Positions 25,660 to 38,329 are shown, counted from the stretch's first letter. The stretch is 38,361 nt of DNA from Octopus bimaculoides (GCF_001194135.2 NC_068991.1:29859688-29898048), one strand, 5' to 3'. Notes: a model not told the origin generated them from the letters alone. A program made the numbers and translations.

Positions 25660-25755
25660 TCTGTCTGTCTGTCTGCACGTGTGCGTGAGAGAGAGGGAGA
25701 GTGTGTCTATGTGTAAAAGAGAGAGAGAGAGAGAGAGAGAAAAGACAGACAGAAA
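25505..25755. repeat. (TG)n/(TGCG)n/(GA)n microsatellite with a 10-N gap
   Basis: Directly visible. Confidence 0.9.
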
Positions 25756-25907
25756 GAGTGTGGGTATTCCCATGTGTTTGTGTGTGTACATATTTTCTCA
25801 TCAAAATTAGATCCACGGCGATTTAGGTAATATATACTACCTAGCAATAATTAGTGCCATACATCTCTACTAGATATCAGCTTCACACCTTTCTCAAATA
25901 GCATGCC

Positions 25908-25975
25908 TGTTGTTGTTTAGCCCCAGTCATTTCTGCTCGACCAGCCCTAGGAACAAAAGCATTACAACCATGATA
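25908..25975 (-). mobile_element. Family C retroposon, short 3' fragment
   Basis: tgttgttgtttagccccag...aacaaaagcattacaaccatga aligns with 3143-3215. Confidence 0.6.
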
Positions 25976-26015
25976 ATGTGGCCTTGATAGTGATATCTAC
26001 GATATTAAGGTATAT

Positions 26016-26372
26016 TCTTTTATTCTTTTACTCGTTTCAGTTATTTCACTGAAACCGACCCCAGAACTTATTCTATTGGTGTCTTAAGCCGAACCGTAAA
26101 CATAAACACACCAGCATCGGTTGTCAGGGGATGGTGGGGGAAAACACAGAACACACACACAAACATGGATACAAACACAGACAAGGACAGACAGACAGAC
26201 AAACACACACACACATACACACATACACACATACGAGGGGCTTCTTTCAGCTTCCGTCAACCAAATCCACTCACAAGGCTTTGGTTGGCCCGAGGTATTA
26301 TGCAGTGGGACTGAACCCAGAACCATGTGGCTGGGAAGCAAGCTTCTTACCACACAGCCACGCCTGCGCCTA
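26016..26372 (-). mobile_element. tRNA-derived SINE, family B, with internal deletions
   Basis: Minus-strand head TAGGCGCAGGCGTGGCTGTGTGGTAAGAAGCTT...GGGTTCAGTCCCACTG, an internal (TG)n tract, and a body shared with 31912-32192. Confidence 0.85.
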
Positions 26373-26518
26373 TTCTTACCACACAGCAACACCGGCGCCT
26401 ATGGTTGGCCTGAAGCTTTAGTAGAAGACACTTGCCCAACGTGCCACGCAGTGGGACTGAACCCGGAACCATGTGGTTGGGAAGTAAACTTCTTACTCCA
26501 CAGTCATGCTTGCGCCTA
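26373..26518 (-). mobile_element. Two further family B SINE heads in tandem
   Basis: Head ends ...GCGCCTA at 26372, 26401 and 26518. The 26402-26518 copy keeps GTGGCACGTTGGGCAAGTGTCTTCTAC. Confidence 0.85.
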
Positions 26519-27269
26519 TGTACATTTTTTCCGTAATTGAGACAGTAGCGTTTAACTTGAGAGAGTTTTGGCTAGCAAGCGAGCCACGACCAAGAGGTTC
26601 CTTCGATGCTTCATCCCAGATAGTATTATGTATGGAGACAAAGTGAAACCGATACAACTGGGATTGAAAATACAGACGTGGCAGAGATTCACCGCTGGCA
26701 TAAATCAAACCAAGAACGGTGCATCTGTCCTGTTGCTCGTTCTCCTATAAATGGAAACCAATTCTCCCTGAATCTGCTGTCAGAAAAAAAATTGGGATAC
26801 AGTAGATAGCTTAGTCTAGAGTAATGCAGTCAAAATGGTTACAGTATGAGCTTCTTTTATCATGTCTGCTTGGTCTTCTATTCCAGCATCTTCTTGATTC
26901 AAAGAATCCACTATATTATCTTCTTCCGTAGCGTCTCGTAGAAAAAAGAACGCAGTGATTCAACAAGTTTCACAATATGCACGAGAACACAGAACTATCA
27001 TTTCACATGATATGGAAAGTCTAATGACCATAACCTGTGGGCCATGGAATACTCACTTCCGGTACATTCAAAATTTTCATTATTTTCTTCTCATCTAAAA
27101 ACCTGCAATATATATTATACATACGTATTAACGTGCGTATATGAATATGAGTATATGTGTATGTGCGCATGTATCTGCATGTCCATTTATATAATATTTT
27201 TTCATCTATCTAGCTATATTTATATTGTGTATATATATATATATATGTATATATATATGTGTGTATGTG

Positions 27270-27316
<47 letters not shown>

Positions 27317-27711
27317 AGAGGCATATACATACATGTGTGTAGAGACACAATACAAGCTTTAACATGCAGTGTGTGGAAGACTTCTTTTATTGTTATATTG
27401 GCAATTATTATCCATTAGGATAGTGAGGAACACATCTCACAGCATGTTCATTAAAGGCAATCACTATAGATGTCTCATCTGGGGACTGCTATTCAATATG
27501 TTCTTTGGGACTTGAATTTAATGGTCCGTGTCATCTATATCATGTATTACACCATTACATTTCACATAAACTGATACACACACACACATATAGCAATTCG
27601 TACGTATATTTGTAATATCTTATATATGTTACCCTTGTGGCAATTAATGAAATTATCATCATCATCATCATCGGCATCATCGTCGTCCTTATTATTTTCA
27701 TTATTATTATT

Positions 27712-27900
27712 GGCGGCGAGCTAGCAGAATCGTTAGCACGCTGGGCAAAATGCTCAGCAGAATTTCGTCCCTCTTCATGTTCTGAGTTCAAATTCCACAG
27801 AAGTCTACTTTGCCTTTCATACTTTCGGGATCGATAAATTAATTACAATCGACTAGTCTCCTCCCCACAACTTTCAGGCCTTGTGCCTTCAGTAGAAACG

Positions 27901-27901
<1 letters not shown>
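27712..27901 (+). mobile_element. tRNA-derived SINE, family A, with (ATT)n/(ATC)n tail
   Basis: GGCGGCGAGCTAGCAGAATCGTTAGCACG...GAGTTCAAATTCC...TTTGCCTTTCAT...GCCTTGTGCC. Confidence 0.88.
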
Positions 27902-27935
<34 letters not shown>

Positions 27936-27959
27936 CATCATCATCATCATTATTGGCTA

Positions 27960-28165
27960 AGGTACCGAACTGGCAGAATCGTCAGCACGCGGTGCAAAAT
28001 GCTAAGCGGTATTTCGTCCTTTCTGAGCTCTAATACAGCCGAGGCTGACTTTGCCTTTCTTCCTTCGGAGATCGATAAAATATGTACCAGTCGAGCACTG
28101 GGATCTATGTAATCGACTTCCATCGAAATTGCTGGCTTTGTGCTAAAATTTGAAACCATTATCAC
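27960..28165 (+). mobile_element. tRNA-derived SINE, family A, second tandem copy
   Basis: GAACTGGCAGAATCGTCAGCACG...CCGAGGCTGACTTTGCCTTTC...GATAAAAT...TTTGTGCTAAAATTTGAAACC. Confidence 0.85.
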
Positions 28166-28494
28166 TATTGGTAGTATTGGTTATCCGATTACTAATATTT
28201 TCATGGTAGAATGAAGATTGAAGAAGTATCGTTAATTTGTATGCTGACCTACGTGTTGAGAATATCAATTGACAAGGTTTTTATCTTTGATATAATATCG
28301 AAATATCGAAGTAGTATCAATTACAAATTGAAATCAAGTCAAACAGTCAGAGAGAACATAAACCACCAATGTATTAACTCAGATGACTACACTTACATGC
28401 ATACATAAACGCACAGACATACATACCTATAAACAAGTACGTATAAGCACACACAATCTCACACGCATAGAGAGAAACACTCACACAAACGTAC

Positions 28495-28567
28495 ACAGAG
28501 AATGAGAGAAGGAGAGAGAGAGAGGGGAGAGAGAGAGAGAATGTGAGAAAGAGAGAGAGAGAGAGAA

Positions 28568-28620
<53 letters not shown>

Positions 28621-28640
28621 GAGAGAGAGAGAGAGAGAGA
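28495..28640. repeat. (GA)n microsatellite
   Basis: Directly visible. Confidence 0.95.
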
Positions 28641-29359
28641 AACGCACAATCACACAACATACATATATAGTTGTATGTATGTATGCATCTGTATGTACAG
28701 GATTCTCCATAATTCAAAATGGAGAATCCTGAACAAACAGAAAGTTTAAGGACGGCATAATATATTAGGTGGGAGTGAGTGGAGCAGGTTCTAATACATC
28801 CAGACAGGCGTATCTCTTGCATTTCTGACATCACCAAAGTCATGGTATTATCAGAGGACAATTGATTTTTAGAGGATAAATGGCATGTTAAGGGATACTC
28901 AACACATATCCAGGTAAAATGTGTCTCACACAGGTCCCATAACATTATAAATGTGTATCGAAACGATTGCCTAGCCACTGCAACGTAAATGTATTCTACC
29001 TGGACTTTGTGAAGTTGTTTGGTAACGTTGATTAAATGTAATGTCATGTGACACATTTTGTCATCTCTGCATGTTTGGCAGTTGCTACATAATATTTTGA
29101 GAGACAAATGTGAAATTGTTATAGCCAATGTGCTCTGTTAAAGCTTGTAAGGATTATGAAGTAGGCACCACCTCAATAGGAAAGACTGAAGGTAGTCAAA
29201 AGATAGTCAAAAGCCCCAACAATGCCAAACAACTCCAGAAAGATCCCTGAAATAATACAAGATCTATCCAACAGGACTTGTTGAACAAATTCTGTATTGC
29301 TTTTGACAATATGTGATGCTTACACTGATACTCGACAAACAACCAAGAAAGGTAGAAAT

Positions 29360-30290
29360 CCTTGCCCTATGCATGTCCTCCTGGACTGGAGAGTTTGATG
29401 CTACTAATGTACCATTTAATCTGTTGACAAATACACGAAAGTCATGAGCAAGGAAGAAGTGTCCCGATGCTCAATATCCTGGGGAGAAATACCTGGGAAT
29501 CGTTTGTAGCGAGGGATCAAGGAGATTGGAAGCACCAAGAGTTAAGACAAGTGGAAAGACGAGGAGGCTGGTGGTGCCTGAGTGGTGGAGGTACATGTCC
29601 AGCCAGCTCCAAGCACTAACAGCTATTATAGTAGTAATAATAGAAATAGATAAAGAGAGAGAGACAAGAGGCCGGAGTGCGTCAGCTGATTATAGACTAC
29701 CAGTCAAATGGCCCTTCTCTGGACGCAGTCCAATATGTCACTTTGTGTATGAGTAGCACTGTCCCAGTTGTGGGAGAAGTACAGCATTGTGGGTCTTACT
29801 TCAGTTTGTAGAGCGTCAATAGCTGTTGAGGGTTGAAATATTTTCTGGTTCTAAAAAACAGCCAGTCTGTGGGATACATTCGTACCTGTATTAAAGATGT
29901 ACTTTCGGTGATCGTGAAGCCCAGAATTTGGATCGACAGCGAGAACTGTAGTTGAGGGACGTTCATATTTAGTAGGAGTAATGTTTGAGTGCATTTGCTG
30001 TTAAAAGAGGCAAGGTTGTCATATCCCAATGAAAGATTGTCTCAAAATCTCTGTTCAATAAACCAGCGCAGATTTTCTGTGTGGCGTCTAGACTGCGTGT
30101 GGAAGGTGCATGTTTGGGAAAGAATGAAGGTTCATGTCTTCTGCATACCCCCCACCCCGATGTTTTTGCATGTAACGGTAAGTAGTTCCCTAATGTATAG
30201 AAGAAACAGAATGAAGGCCAAAACCGAACCCTCGAGAACGCTCGAGCTCCGTCAACACATGCTGCTATTATGTGACCAAATACGCTACCA
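29360..30290 (-). mobile_element. Old CR1-group (Zenon-like) LINE relic, RT C-terminal half
   Basis: Minus-strand frames give VLEGSVLAFILFLLYIREL (cf. VPQGSVL.P.LFLLYINDL, ~30200-30239), YAEDMNLH (cf. YADD, 30136-30147), LFFRTRKYFNPQQLLTLYK..RPTM.Y.SHNW, LDCVQRRAI and LELAGHVPPPL. Confidence 0.8.
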
Positions 30291-31029
30291 ATGTAAAAGA
30301 TGAGATTTGGTTGGAGGTGATAGTGGAATTGCACGGGGTATTTGCATGCCAGATACAGTCGAAGGTTTATTGGTGTCTAGAGCAGCATTATATTAAAGAT
30401 AGAAGATAACCTATCCATGATTACAATATACCAATAAAGATATAGTCATAACTTGGAGACCGGTTTGGTGATGTATGTTTGATATACATACGTAAATGTA
30501 ATATTTTTTATCTGGAACCACAAATTCGTGACCCCTGTCTTTCAGATGGGTTGACTAGTTCCGTACTTTAGATCTAACAACATCTAGCACTCATTACACA
30601 CTTTATCAGTGCAGAAAATCTGCGAAGTGGCTGTTAAGCAATTGTTTCTCTTGTTGGTGTCCATTTAAAGTTTTCTTGTATTCTTTATGAAACATTTCAA
30701 AAGGCATCAGCAATTGAAGAGAATATAATATAATGATTGTCCCATTGACTTTCCGAGACATGGAATTGAACTCACTATATCTCGTACCATACTTATTAGT
30801 ACGTTCGTTTTTATTACAAAAGTATTGCTCCTCATCGAAGAGCATCATTTTTTTCGTTATGATACCTGTTTATATTTAGGTGGATTGAGGTAAATTGCAT
30901 GACCTCAAACCATGCTCTCTGTCGTGACTTGATAAAGGCCAACGAAATTTTGAGAACCTGAGCATTTACAATTCGACACATATCACATGAAACCATAACA
31001 CTTTTATTAATAACAGAGCACATACATTG

Positions 31030-31129
31030 CACACAAACACACACACATACGCACACACACATACACATACGCACACACACATATACGCACACGCACACAT
31101 ACGCACACACACACACACAAACACACACA

Positions 31130-31191
<62 letters not shown>
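31030..31191. repeat. (CA)n microsatellite
   Basis: Directly visible. Confidence 0.95.
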
Positions 31192-31193
<2 letters not shown>

Positions 31194-31739
31194 AGAGGTC
31201 ATTTGATTTTTAAGATTTCTCCATCGCCGTTTAAAAACTTTTATCGGGTTTCAAATGATTAATAGATATGACACAACATTTTACCCATAAATTTATGAAG
31301 GAGGGGCATATGGAATATGAAAGGAGCAATGAACTTCTGTGGAGTTCATTTAACACACAAAATTTTTGTTCCCAAAGGAAATACATTTTAATGAAGAAAT
31401 TTCAATTTAAATTTTCATCATATTTTTTCTTCTTTTTTAATAAAAAAAAAGAATGATAGTTACTTCTATCTGTAAACTGATATCTTACAAGGAAAATCTC
31501 CCAATTTAAAACATCAAAAACGTGCGTATTTATAGCCTGATGTGAAGTCACTGCTGATGACCGAATTAGGAAGAAATATTGGGCGGGCAACGATGCTGAT
31601 GGTTCCTTTCTACAAGCTAACTCCATATCTGGTACATAAACAACATATTTAACACTCAACAATGAGATTTACGGCAACGGGATCAAAAACATTTGACTGA
31701 TAGAATTTTTTTGAGTAAGCGATGGAGACTTAACATAAC

Positions 31740-31805
31740 TACTTAACCTGCTACAAGTAGCAGATAAGCCTCACCTCAAATCTCATCCTACTGGCATTAA
31801 ACCTA
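31740..31805 (+). mobile_element. Family C retroposon internal fragment
   Basis: aacctgctacaagtagcag...cctcaaatctcatcctac resembles the segment at ~24615-24665 and the reverse complement of ~3460-3500. Confidence 0.4.
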
Positions 31806-31825
31806 TGTACATTCAACCCAAGACA

Positions 31826-31911
<86 letters not shown>

Positions 31912-31912
<1 letters not shown>

Positions 31913-32192
31913 CGTTTTTACTTTTTACAATCATTTGACTGCGGCTATGTTAAGGCACCGCCTTGAAGGATTTTAATCGAACAAATCGACCTCAAGACTC
32001 TTTTTAAGCTTAGTACTTATTCTATTGGTCTCTTTTGCTGAACCACTAAGTTACAGAGACATAAACATACCAACACAATTGTTAAGCGGTAGTGGGGAGA
32101 AACACAGACACAAAGACACACACTCATATATATATATATATATTTTGTTGTGGAGCAAGCTTCTTACCATTACAAACCCACGCCTGCTCCTA
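31912..32192 (-). mobile_element. tRNA-derived SINE, family B, internally deleted
   Basis: Head TAGGAGCAGGCGTGGG..GGTAAGAAGCTTGCT joined to the body ACTTATTCTATTGGTCTCTTTTGCTGAAC and the 3' part CATTTGACTGCGGC. Confidence 0.8.
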
Positions 32193-33715
32193 TCTATATC
32201 AATAAAATATATGATGGCCACGAGTGGAATGGTCCAATGGAAGTCATCATACCAAAGCATGATGGTAAACAACGACACTAACAACACTAACAGCATCAAC
32301 GACACTACAACACCAACAATAAGGAGAATAAATTTATGGAAACCACACAAATAAAAATAGGATATTTTTAGGAAGAAAGTTAGCGTGCATATAACACTTT
32401 GAAGGGCCTCCGTGACTGGTAGGAAGAAAGGAGGAGGGAGATGTCCTCAGACCAGAGGTCAGGTCTGAATGCTTGCAACAGATTGGACTCTGTTAAAGGA
32501 AACAAAGAACCAGCCTGATGGTGGTTTTACTTGACCATGGGTTAAATCTAATACCCTAGAAAGTCAATGTGGATCCAAACCACATTTTCCAGTGTAACAC
32601 CTGCTCTTTTACGGTTGTAGACGCTAACTTGAGGGTGACGTGACTCAGACTTCTGGCATATCAACTGACCACAAACAGGATTCTGTTCGGCTCGTATTGC
32701 TGTTGTCGTCACTGTTGCTTTTTTCGTCCATCTAATTGTTGTTGTTGTTATTGTTGATAATATTATTGTTGTTGTCGTTATTATTATTGCAACGGCGTAA
32801 ACACATGAGATATTATTATTTAATTGGACAGCAAATACCATACAAGAATTAATTCAAAGTGAAACTGACTGTGATCTTTTATCTGTTATCTTGTAGTTTG
32901 TGTTTTACTACGCAAAGGACACAGAGTAGCCATAATTAGCATTTCACTTAAATGCTTCTCAAATTTCTTTAAGGTGGCATCCTACCTAAAATATAACATT
33001 TCGGAATTCTCGCTGGAAAGGTTTCATCTGCAATCATTTGATAGCTATCAAGCTCAACCATACCATGCTATCACATTACAGACTTTGCCTATCGTATGTC
33101 TTACTGACCGATCAAGTGGTTAGGAGTTCGCAAATGACGTCATTCAATCAACTCGGAAATATGTTAGTGTGTATGTGTGTGTGTGCGCGCGAATGCGCGC
33201 GTGTGTATGTGTATGCGTACGTGTGTAAGTGTGCGTGCATGTGCGAGTGCGTGTGTGTATCTGGGTATATGTGTGCATTCGGGCTGCTTGCGTGGGCATG
33301 ATTCTCTATTTATGCGTTTTATGCAGCATGTGTGTATATGTATGCTTATAATTGTGCGTGCATGTAGTGGTGTCACTATGCGCATGGATCCTGTGAGCGT
33401 ATCATTACATTTATGTGTTCGCGTATGTATGTGTAAATGAACACATGTGTCTGATTGCGTGTGTGTATGTTAAGGTGCCATATGGATTTATATGAAGTAT
33501 CCGTGGGGGTATGTAAGGATGTTGCATTCATTAAATGTCTCCTGTCATCCAATATGTTAGAAGGGAGCGTAAAATTACATTTTACAACAAATAAAACAAC
33601 CGCGACATCAACAAAGACAAAAACACATTATCAAAAAGTGCTATGACTAGAAGCACAACTACTACTGCTGCCACTAACATTACTACTATTACTATTGGTA
33701 ATAGCCATAATAATC

Positions 33716-33786
<71 letters not shown>
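33716..33786. repeat. (AAT)n abutting (ATT)n; 62-bp spacerless palindrome at 33716-33777
   Basis: Directly visible, with the centre between 33746 and 33747. Confidence 0.95.
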
Positions 33787-34999
33787 GGAAGACTCGGATA
33801 ATGGTGGGTACATGTACCTTGGGATCCTGGAGCTGGACAATATCTTGCACAAAGAAATGAAAGACAATGTCATCACTGCTTATTTCAAGCGCCTCAAACT
33901 TCTCTTGAAATCAAAGATCAACTCAAGGAACCTTGTGACTGCCATCAACATTTGGGCGGTTGCTGTAGTTTGCTATAGTGCACCCATCCTGAAATGGACA
34001 CAAGCGGAGATTGACCAACTCGATCGCACTACCCCAAAGACAATGACAATGCATGGTGCCCTCCACTTCTAAGGCAAATAAACACAGTATACCGAAGTCA
34101 CCACCACAAAGCAGACGCAGGCAGAATATATCTACGCCGCTCAAAAGAAGGCCGTGACCTGAATCAGACAGAGAATTATTATAAAATAACAACAGTTGGA
34201 CTAGAAAAGTACCCAGAAACAAAGAGTGGAAGACTACTACATGTAATAAAGCAACGCGACAAAAAGAAAACTGTTTTCTCTATACACAAGGAGGCAACAA
34301 AAGATAAAACAGAAACAAACTACATTGATACACTGACCTCAAATGACAACATAACAGAAATGGTCGAAGAGACAAAAAATAACATGGAAATAGAATTACA
34401 AAACATATTAAAGAAGAAATGGAGAGAAAAATCACAGCATGGCTTGTACCCCGCAAGGGTTGACGGAGAAGGATTCAGCCTAAGTGAAAGCTAACAATGA
34501 CTCCGAAGCACTGGATTAAGAGCTGAAACAGAAGGACTGATGCTCACTGCATTAGACCAATGTCTGACTATGAACAACTATAAATGCAAAATAATAGAAA
34601 ACACTAAATGCAGAATGTGCAACCGGCACAACGAGACAGTTGACCACATCATCTTGGGCTTCTCAATCCTTTCCAAAGCTGAATGTATATACAGACACGA
34701 TCGTGTAAGTAGTTATTTCCACTGGACAATATGCCAACACTACAACATAAAAACTGACAATAAATCATATAAATATGTGTCACACAAGGTACAACACAAC
34801 GACCAGGCCACAATCATCTGGGACATGCCTGTTCAAACCGACAAAGAATAAATATAGGACAAAATATTCTCCAAAAAGAACTGGAGAAATTGCCAAAGTA
34901 CATTCTCAACAACAAAGAACACGCAATGTTGCACACACCCCAGCAGCACAGAGATGTAGCAGGTGATGCAGTAGAAATTTGCCTGAAACTACCAAATGT

Positions 35000-35030
<31 letters not shown>
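33785..35030 (+). mobile_element. R4/Dong-type LINE D, degraded, with (AAT)n tail 35002-35030
   Basis: YMYLGILELDNILHKEMK...KRLKLLLKSKINSRNLVTAINIWAV, GLRAETEGLMLTALDQ, CRMCNRHNETVDHII and RHDRV..YFHWTICQHY..IIWDMPVQTDKE. The RPD endonuclease segment is absent. Confidence 0.9.
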
Positions 35031-35600
35031 ACGCACCCACGCAGTACCAGGCAGTGGCTCTCGTGGTTTCTGATCTTAACTGATTGGAAGTGTTATCATG
35101 TACATTGTTTTATCTTGGCATAAAAGATGGGCTACAGCAAATATTTTGCTCAATAACACAGATTTGTATGTCTGCTGTTTGACCATAACCAGTTGAGCAT
35201 GTCCCTTAGTGGCTGACGATAGGTGCATCTCTGACCACGAGCAGGAGTAGTGGAGGGAGCATCATAGCTATGTGTTGAGAGGAATTCTTTGAGGTTTGAA
35301 TAATTCACCTCTGGAAACATGAGTATTTCGTTCGACATACTTAAAGAACCCTTATTCAAGGACCTTTTGAGTGGGATGGACTACTCGACCTGAAGAAAAT
35401 TCTAACTGGGTCCCACCTACAAGGTCATGCGTTGTTTATCTTGATATGAGATCAGCATGTTGCGCACATATGTTTGTGATACATGTGCCTGGTGTACCTT
35501 TATCAGACGGGTAGTCATGATATGGAAACTGGGCTTCACATATTTTACCCTAGTGTCACTTTGATGGTATTCACTGCTTTCTCCCCGCCTCTCTCTCTCA
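35031..35600 (+). mobile_element. ~570-bp non-coding retroposon-like repeat with (AAT)n/(AAC)n tail (35600-35710)
   Basis: Discrete higher-GC block bounded by (AAT)n on both sides, with no ORF homology. I recall it as a high-copy octopus repeat but cannot verify that here. Confidence 0.6.
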
Positions 35601-35605
35601 ATAGT

Positions 35606-35636
<31 letters not shown>

Positions 35637-35710
35637 TTAATAATAATAATAACAACAACAACAACAGCAACAACAACAATGATGATAATAATAATAATAA
35701 TAATAATAAT

Positions 35711-35932
35711 ACAGTGGAGCATCTAATCTCTGAGATTGAAACTGGACTAGCTAATCTCTAGGTGTAAGGTTTTAGCACCGGCAGAGTTGGCCAATATCTA
35801 CACTGGATAATATGTCGGCATTATAAAATCAAAACTGCTGACAGATGGTACAAGCACCACTCTGAAGCTGTAAGTGATGGAGAAAATATAACAATTCTTT
35901 TGGATTTTTCTATAGATACACACCGGACCATT
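35711..35932 (+). mobile_element. R4/Dong-type LINE fragment E
   Basis: TVEHLIS...RVGQYLHWIICRHYKIKTADRWYKHH.EAV.DGENITIL.DF. Confidence 0.85.
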
Positions 35933-36059
35933 GTTTAACACAGTACGACCATAAGAAATATTTCGAGCCGAACACTGCAGTTAATTTGGATATCCATGAT
36001 TTATTTTGGCATTTAGTATGGTACACAGATTGCAAATTTGTTCTAATACTGCTTTTGTT

Positions 36060-36360
36060 GTTGCATATGAAGAAAAGCAAAAATAGCAGCAGCAGCAGCA
36101 ACAGTTACAAGAGCAAAGACTACAACAGCAAATACAACTGCAACAAAAATAGCAACAGCATTAGCAATAATAGTAGTAAAAGCAAGAAGAGCAAGAATAA
36201 ATGCAGCGATAAAATTTACATCTGCAACAATAACAATAACAACAACAAGAGCAGCAACACCAGTAACAAGAATAAAGACAGCATAAAAAGAAGCAGCAGT
36301 AACAATAACAACAACAACAACAACAGCAGCAGCAAAGCAGCAGTAGCAGCAGCAAACACA
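36060..36360. repeat. Cryptic (CAG/CAA/AAC/AAG)n trinucleotide mosaic
   Basis: Directly visible. Produces low-complexity pseudo-ORFs. Confidence 0.85.
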
Positions 36361-36986
36361 GCAGTATTCTGACAACAAGAGTCATTCTGAGATGTTTTTC
36401 TACACTGTAGTACATAANNNNNNNNNNNNNNNNNNNNNNNNNNNNNNNNNNNNNNNNNNNNNNNNNNNNNNNNNNNNNNNNNNNNNNNNNNNNNNNNNCC
36501 TCATCATCATCATCATCATCATCATCGTCATCGTCATCGTCATCGTCATCATCATCATCAAGAGGAGCTGTAGTAAGTCAGAAACTCTAGACCGGATTCA
36601 TGTTTTTGTAAATACTACTAAGAAAACTGCGGTTGGTTTCTGTAATGATTTTAAAACATTAAGTATGGATAACACGAGAACAAGATCTGCCATTGAAGCT
36701 GCTTTCAAAAGCCCACACAAATGTCACAGACTTGTTTGGTGTCTAACAGCAGAAAAAAATACTTGCAACAACATCATTAAAAACTACAATAATAATAACT
36801 TTTATAACAATGATTTTTTTCCAGTCTAGAAACAATGCCAGTAATTTTGTGACAATTGGAATAGTCTATACGTACGGCCCTATAAGTGATTATATATTAA
36901 TCGAATTTTTGTCCTTCATCCTCACCCCAGGATCGATAAAACGATCTATCAGTTTAGTACTGATTTATTCATCTCTCATCTTTACT

Positions 36987-37188
36987 GGCATTGTGCCAAA
37001 GACAGAAAACATTCAGGCGCGTCAGCAGCATTTCTTCTGGCACTTTACGTACTGAGTTCAAATCCGATAGAGGGCAGCTTTGCCTTTCATCCCTTCGGGG
37101 CCGATAAAATAAAGTACTTGTCAAGTTCTTGTGAATGGTGTTGACTATTATCTCCTCTCAAAATTGAGTTTAGTGCCTAAATTAGAAA
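36987..37188 (+). mobile_element. tRNA-derived SINE, family A (diverged)
   Basis: ACTGAGTTCAAATCCG...CTTTGCCTTTCATCCCTTCGGGGCCGATAAAATAAAGTAC. An extra partial core lies at ~36905-36962. Confidence 0.75.
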
Positions 37189-37459
37189 ACAGAAAACTAT
37201 TACTTGTTTATGTTATTCTACCTTATGTTACTCTACCTTATAATCATGTATATTTTACTACTGGTATATGTACACATGTATGCACATATACGCATTTAAG
37301 GTGATCTACATGTCTACATCCAGGTATACATATCTAGATATGATCTTATATGTACCTATGTGTGTAAGCTTATATATGTATATATGGTTATTTTTATGTA
37401 TGTATGTAGGTACATGCATGTACATTGATATGAACGTGTATATCTGCGTATATATGTGA

Positions 37460-37506
<47 letters not shown>

Positions 37507-37889
37507 ATATTGTGTGCGTATTTATATGTATATGTGTGTGTCTTTTTTTTGCACATATATGGGTATAGTTGTACAGTTTTTATATGTATACCTTAATCGT
37601 ATATCTACACGAATTCCTGAATCTATATATTCATGTGTAAGTATGCCTTCACGCACGTGTGATTAAACATACACACACTCTTCTCCATATTAGATTATCT
37701 TTCTTCTACATTATGTGTAAATTTTTGTAGACTTATGTGTACCCTTGTACTCGTAGTCTTTTCTTATATTTATACTGGCACGGCTCCCCTACAACTCAAA
37801 TACCATTATGACCATACTACCATTCTATATCCTTCTCATTTAACATTAAGCTGGATTAATACCTCTGAAATAATCTTTATATATATAAA

Positions 37890-38060
37890 TAGGGAGAATT
37901 CTCAGAATTCTCAAAAAAAAAAAAAGACGAAAACAGGTGATGTAGACAACAAACAGATGTATTAGTTTAACGCTCGGAAGTGAAAAAGTCTTTAACGTTT
38001 CGAGCCTACGCTGTTCCACAGCAAGGAACACAGAAGGAAACGAGGAGAGAAATATATATA
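37890..38060 (-). mobile_element. Probable Penelope-like terminal fragment with a degenerate hammerhead-like motif
   Basis: Minus strand of 37990-38025 reads CTTG-CTGTGGAA-CAGC-GTAG-GCTC-GAAA-CGT-T-AAAG. Element boundaries are approximate. Confidence 0.5.
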
Positions 38061-38329
38061 TATATATATACACTAAAATAAACCTCCTATATAACACACA
38101 CATCCCTATCCAAGTTTTTATTTTTTCTTCATCTCTTTCTCAGCTTATTTATCTCCCCTACATTTACTTTGGTCTAACTTCATATTAGAAATTTTAAATT
38201 CACATTTTTATTTTTCTAGACACCGTAAGTACACACTACTTTAATTGTAATATTAACAATGGCTTCAGTTTTTACTTATTTTCTCCTTTAATATTTTTAT
38301 GTAAACATGTGTAATTTATATACATCATC

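Noticed and set aside
28830-28860. TKVMVLS, an RTE/CR1-like motif
   Set aside because: Flanking LINE motifs could not be recovered.
31550-31595. CTGATGA...GAAA hammerhead-like spacing
   Set aside because: Stem II is only 2 bp with extra bases, and there is no helix I/III pairing.
35986-36415. Ser/Asn/Lys-, Ala/Val- and Cys-rich ORFs
   Set aside because: Overlapping low-complexity frames of one trinucleotide mosaic.
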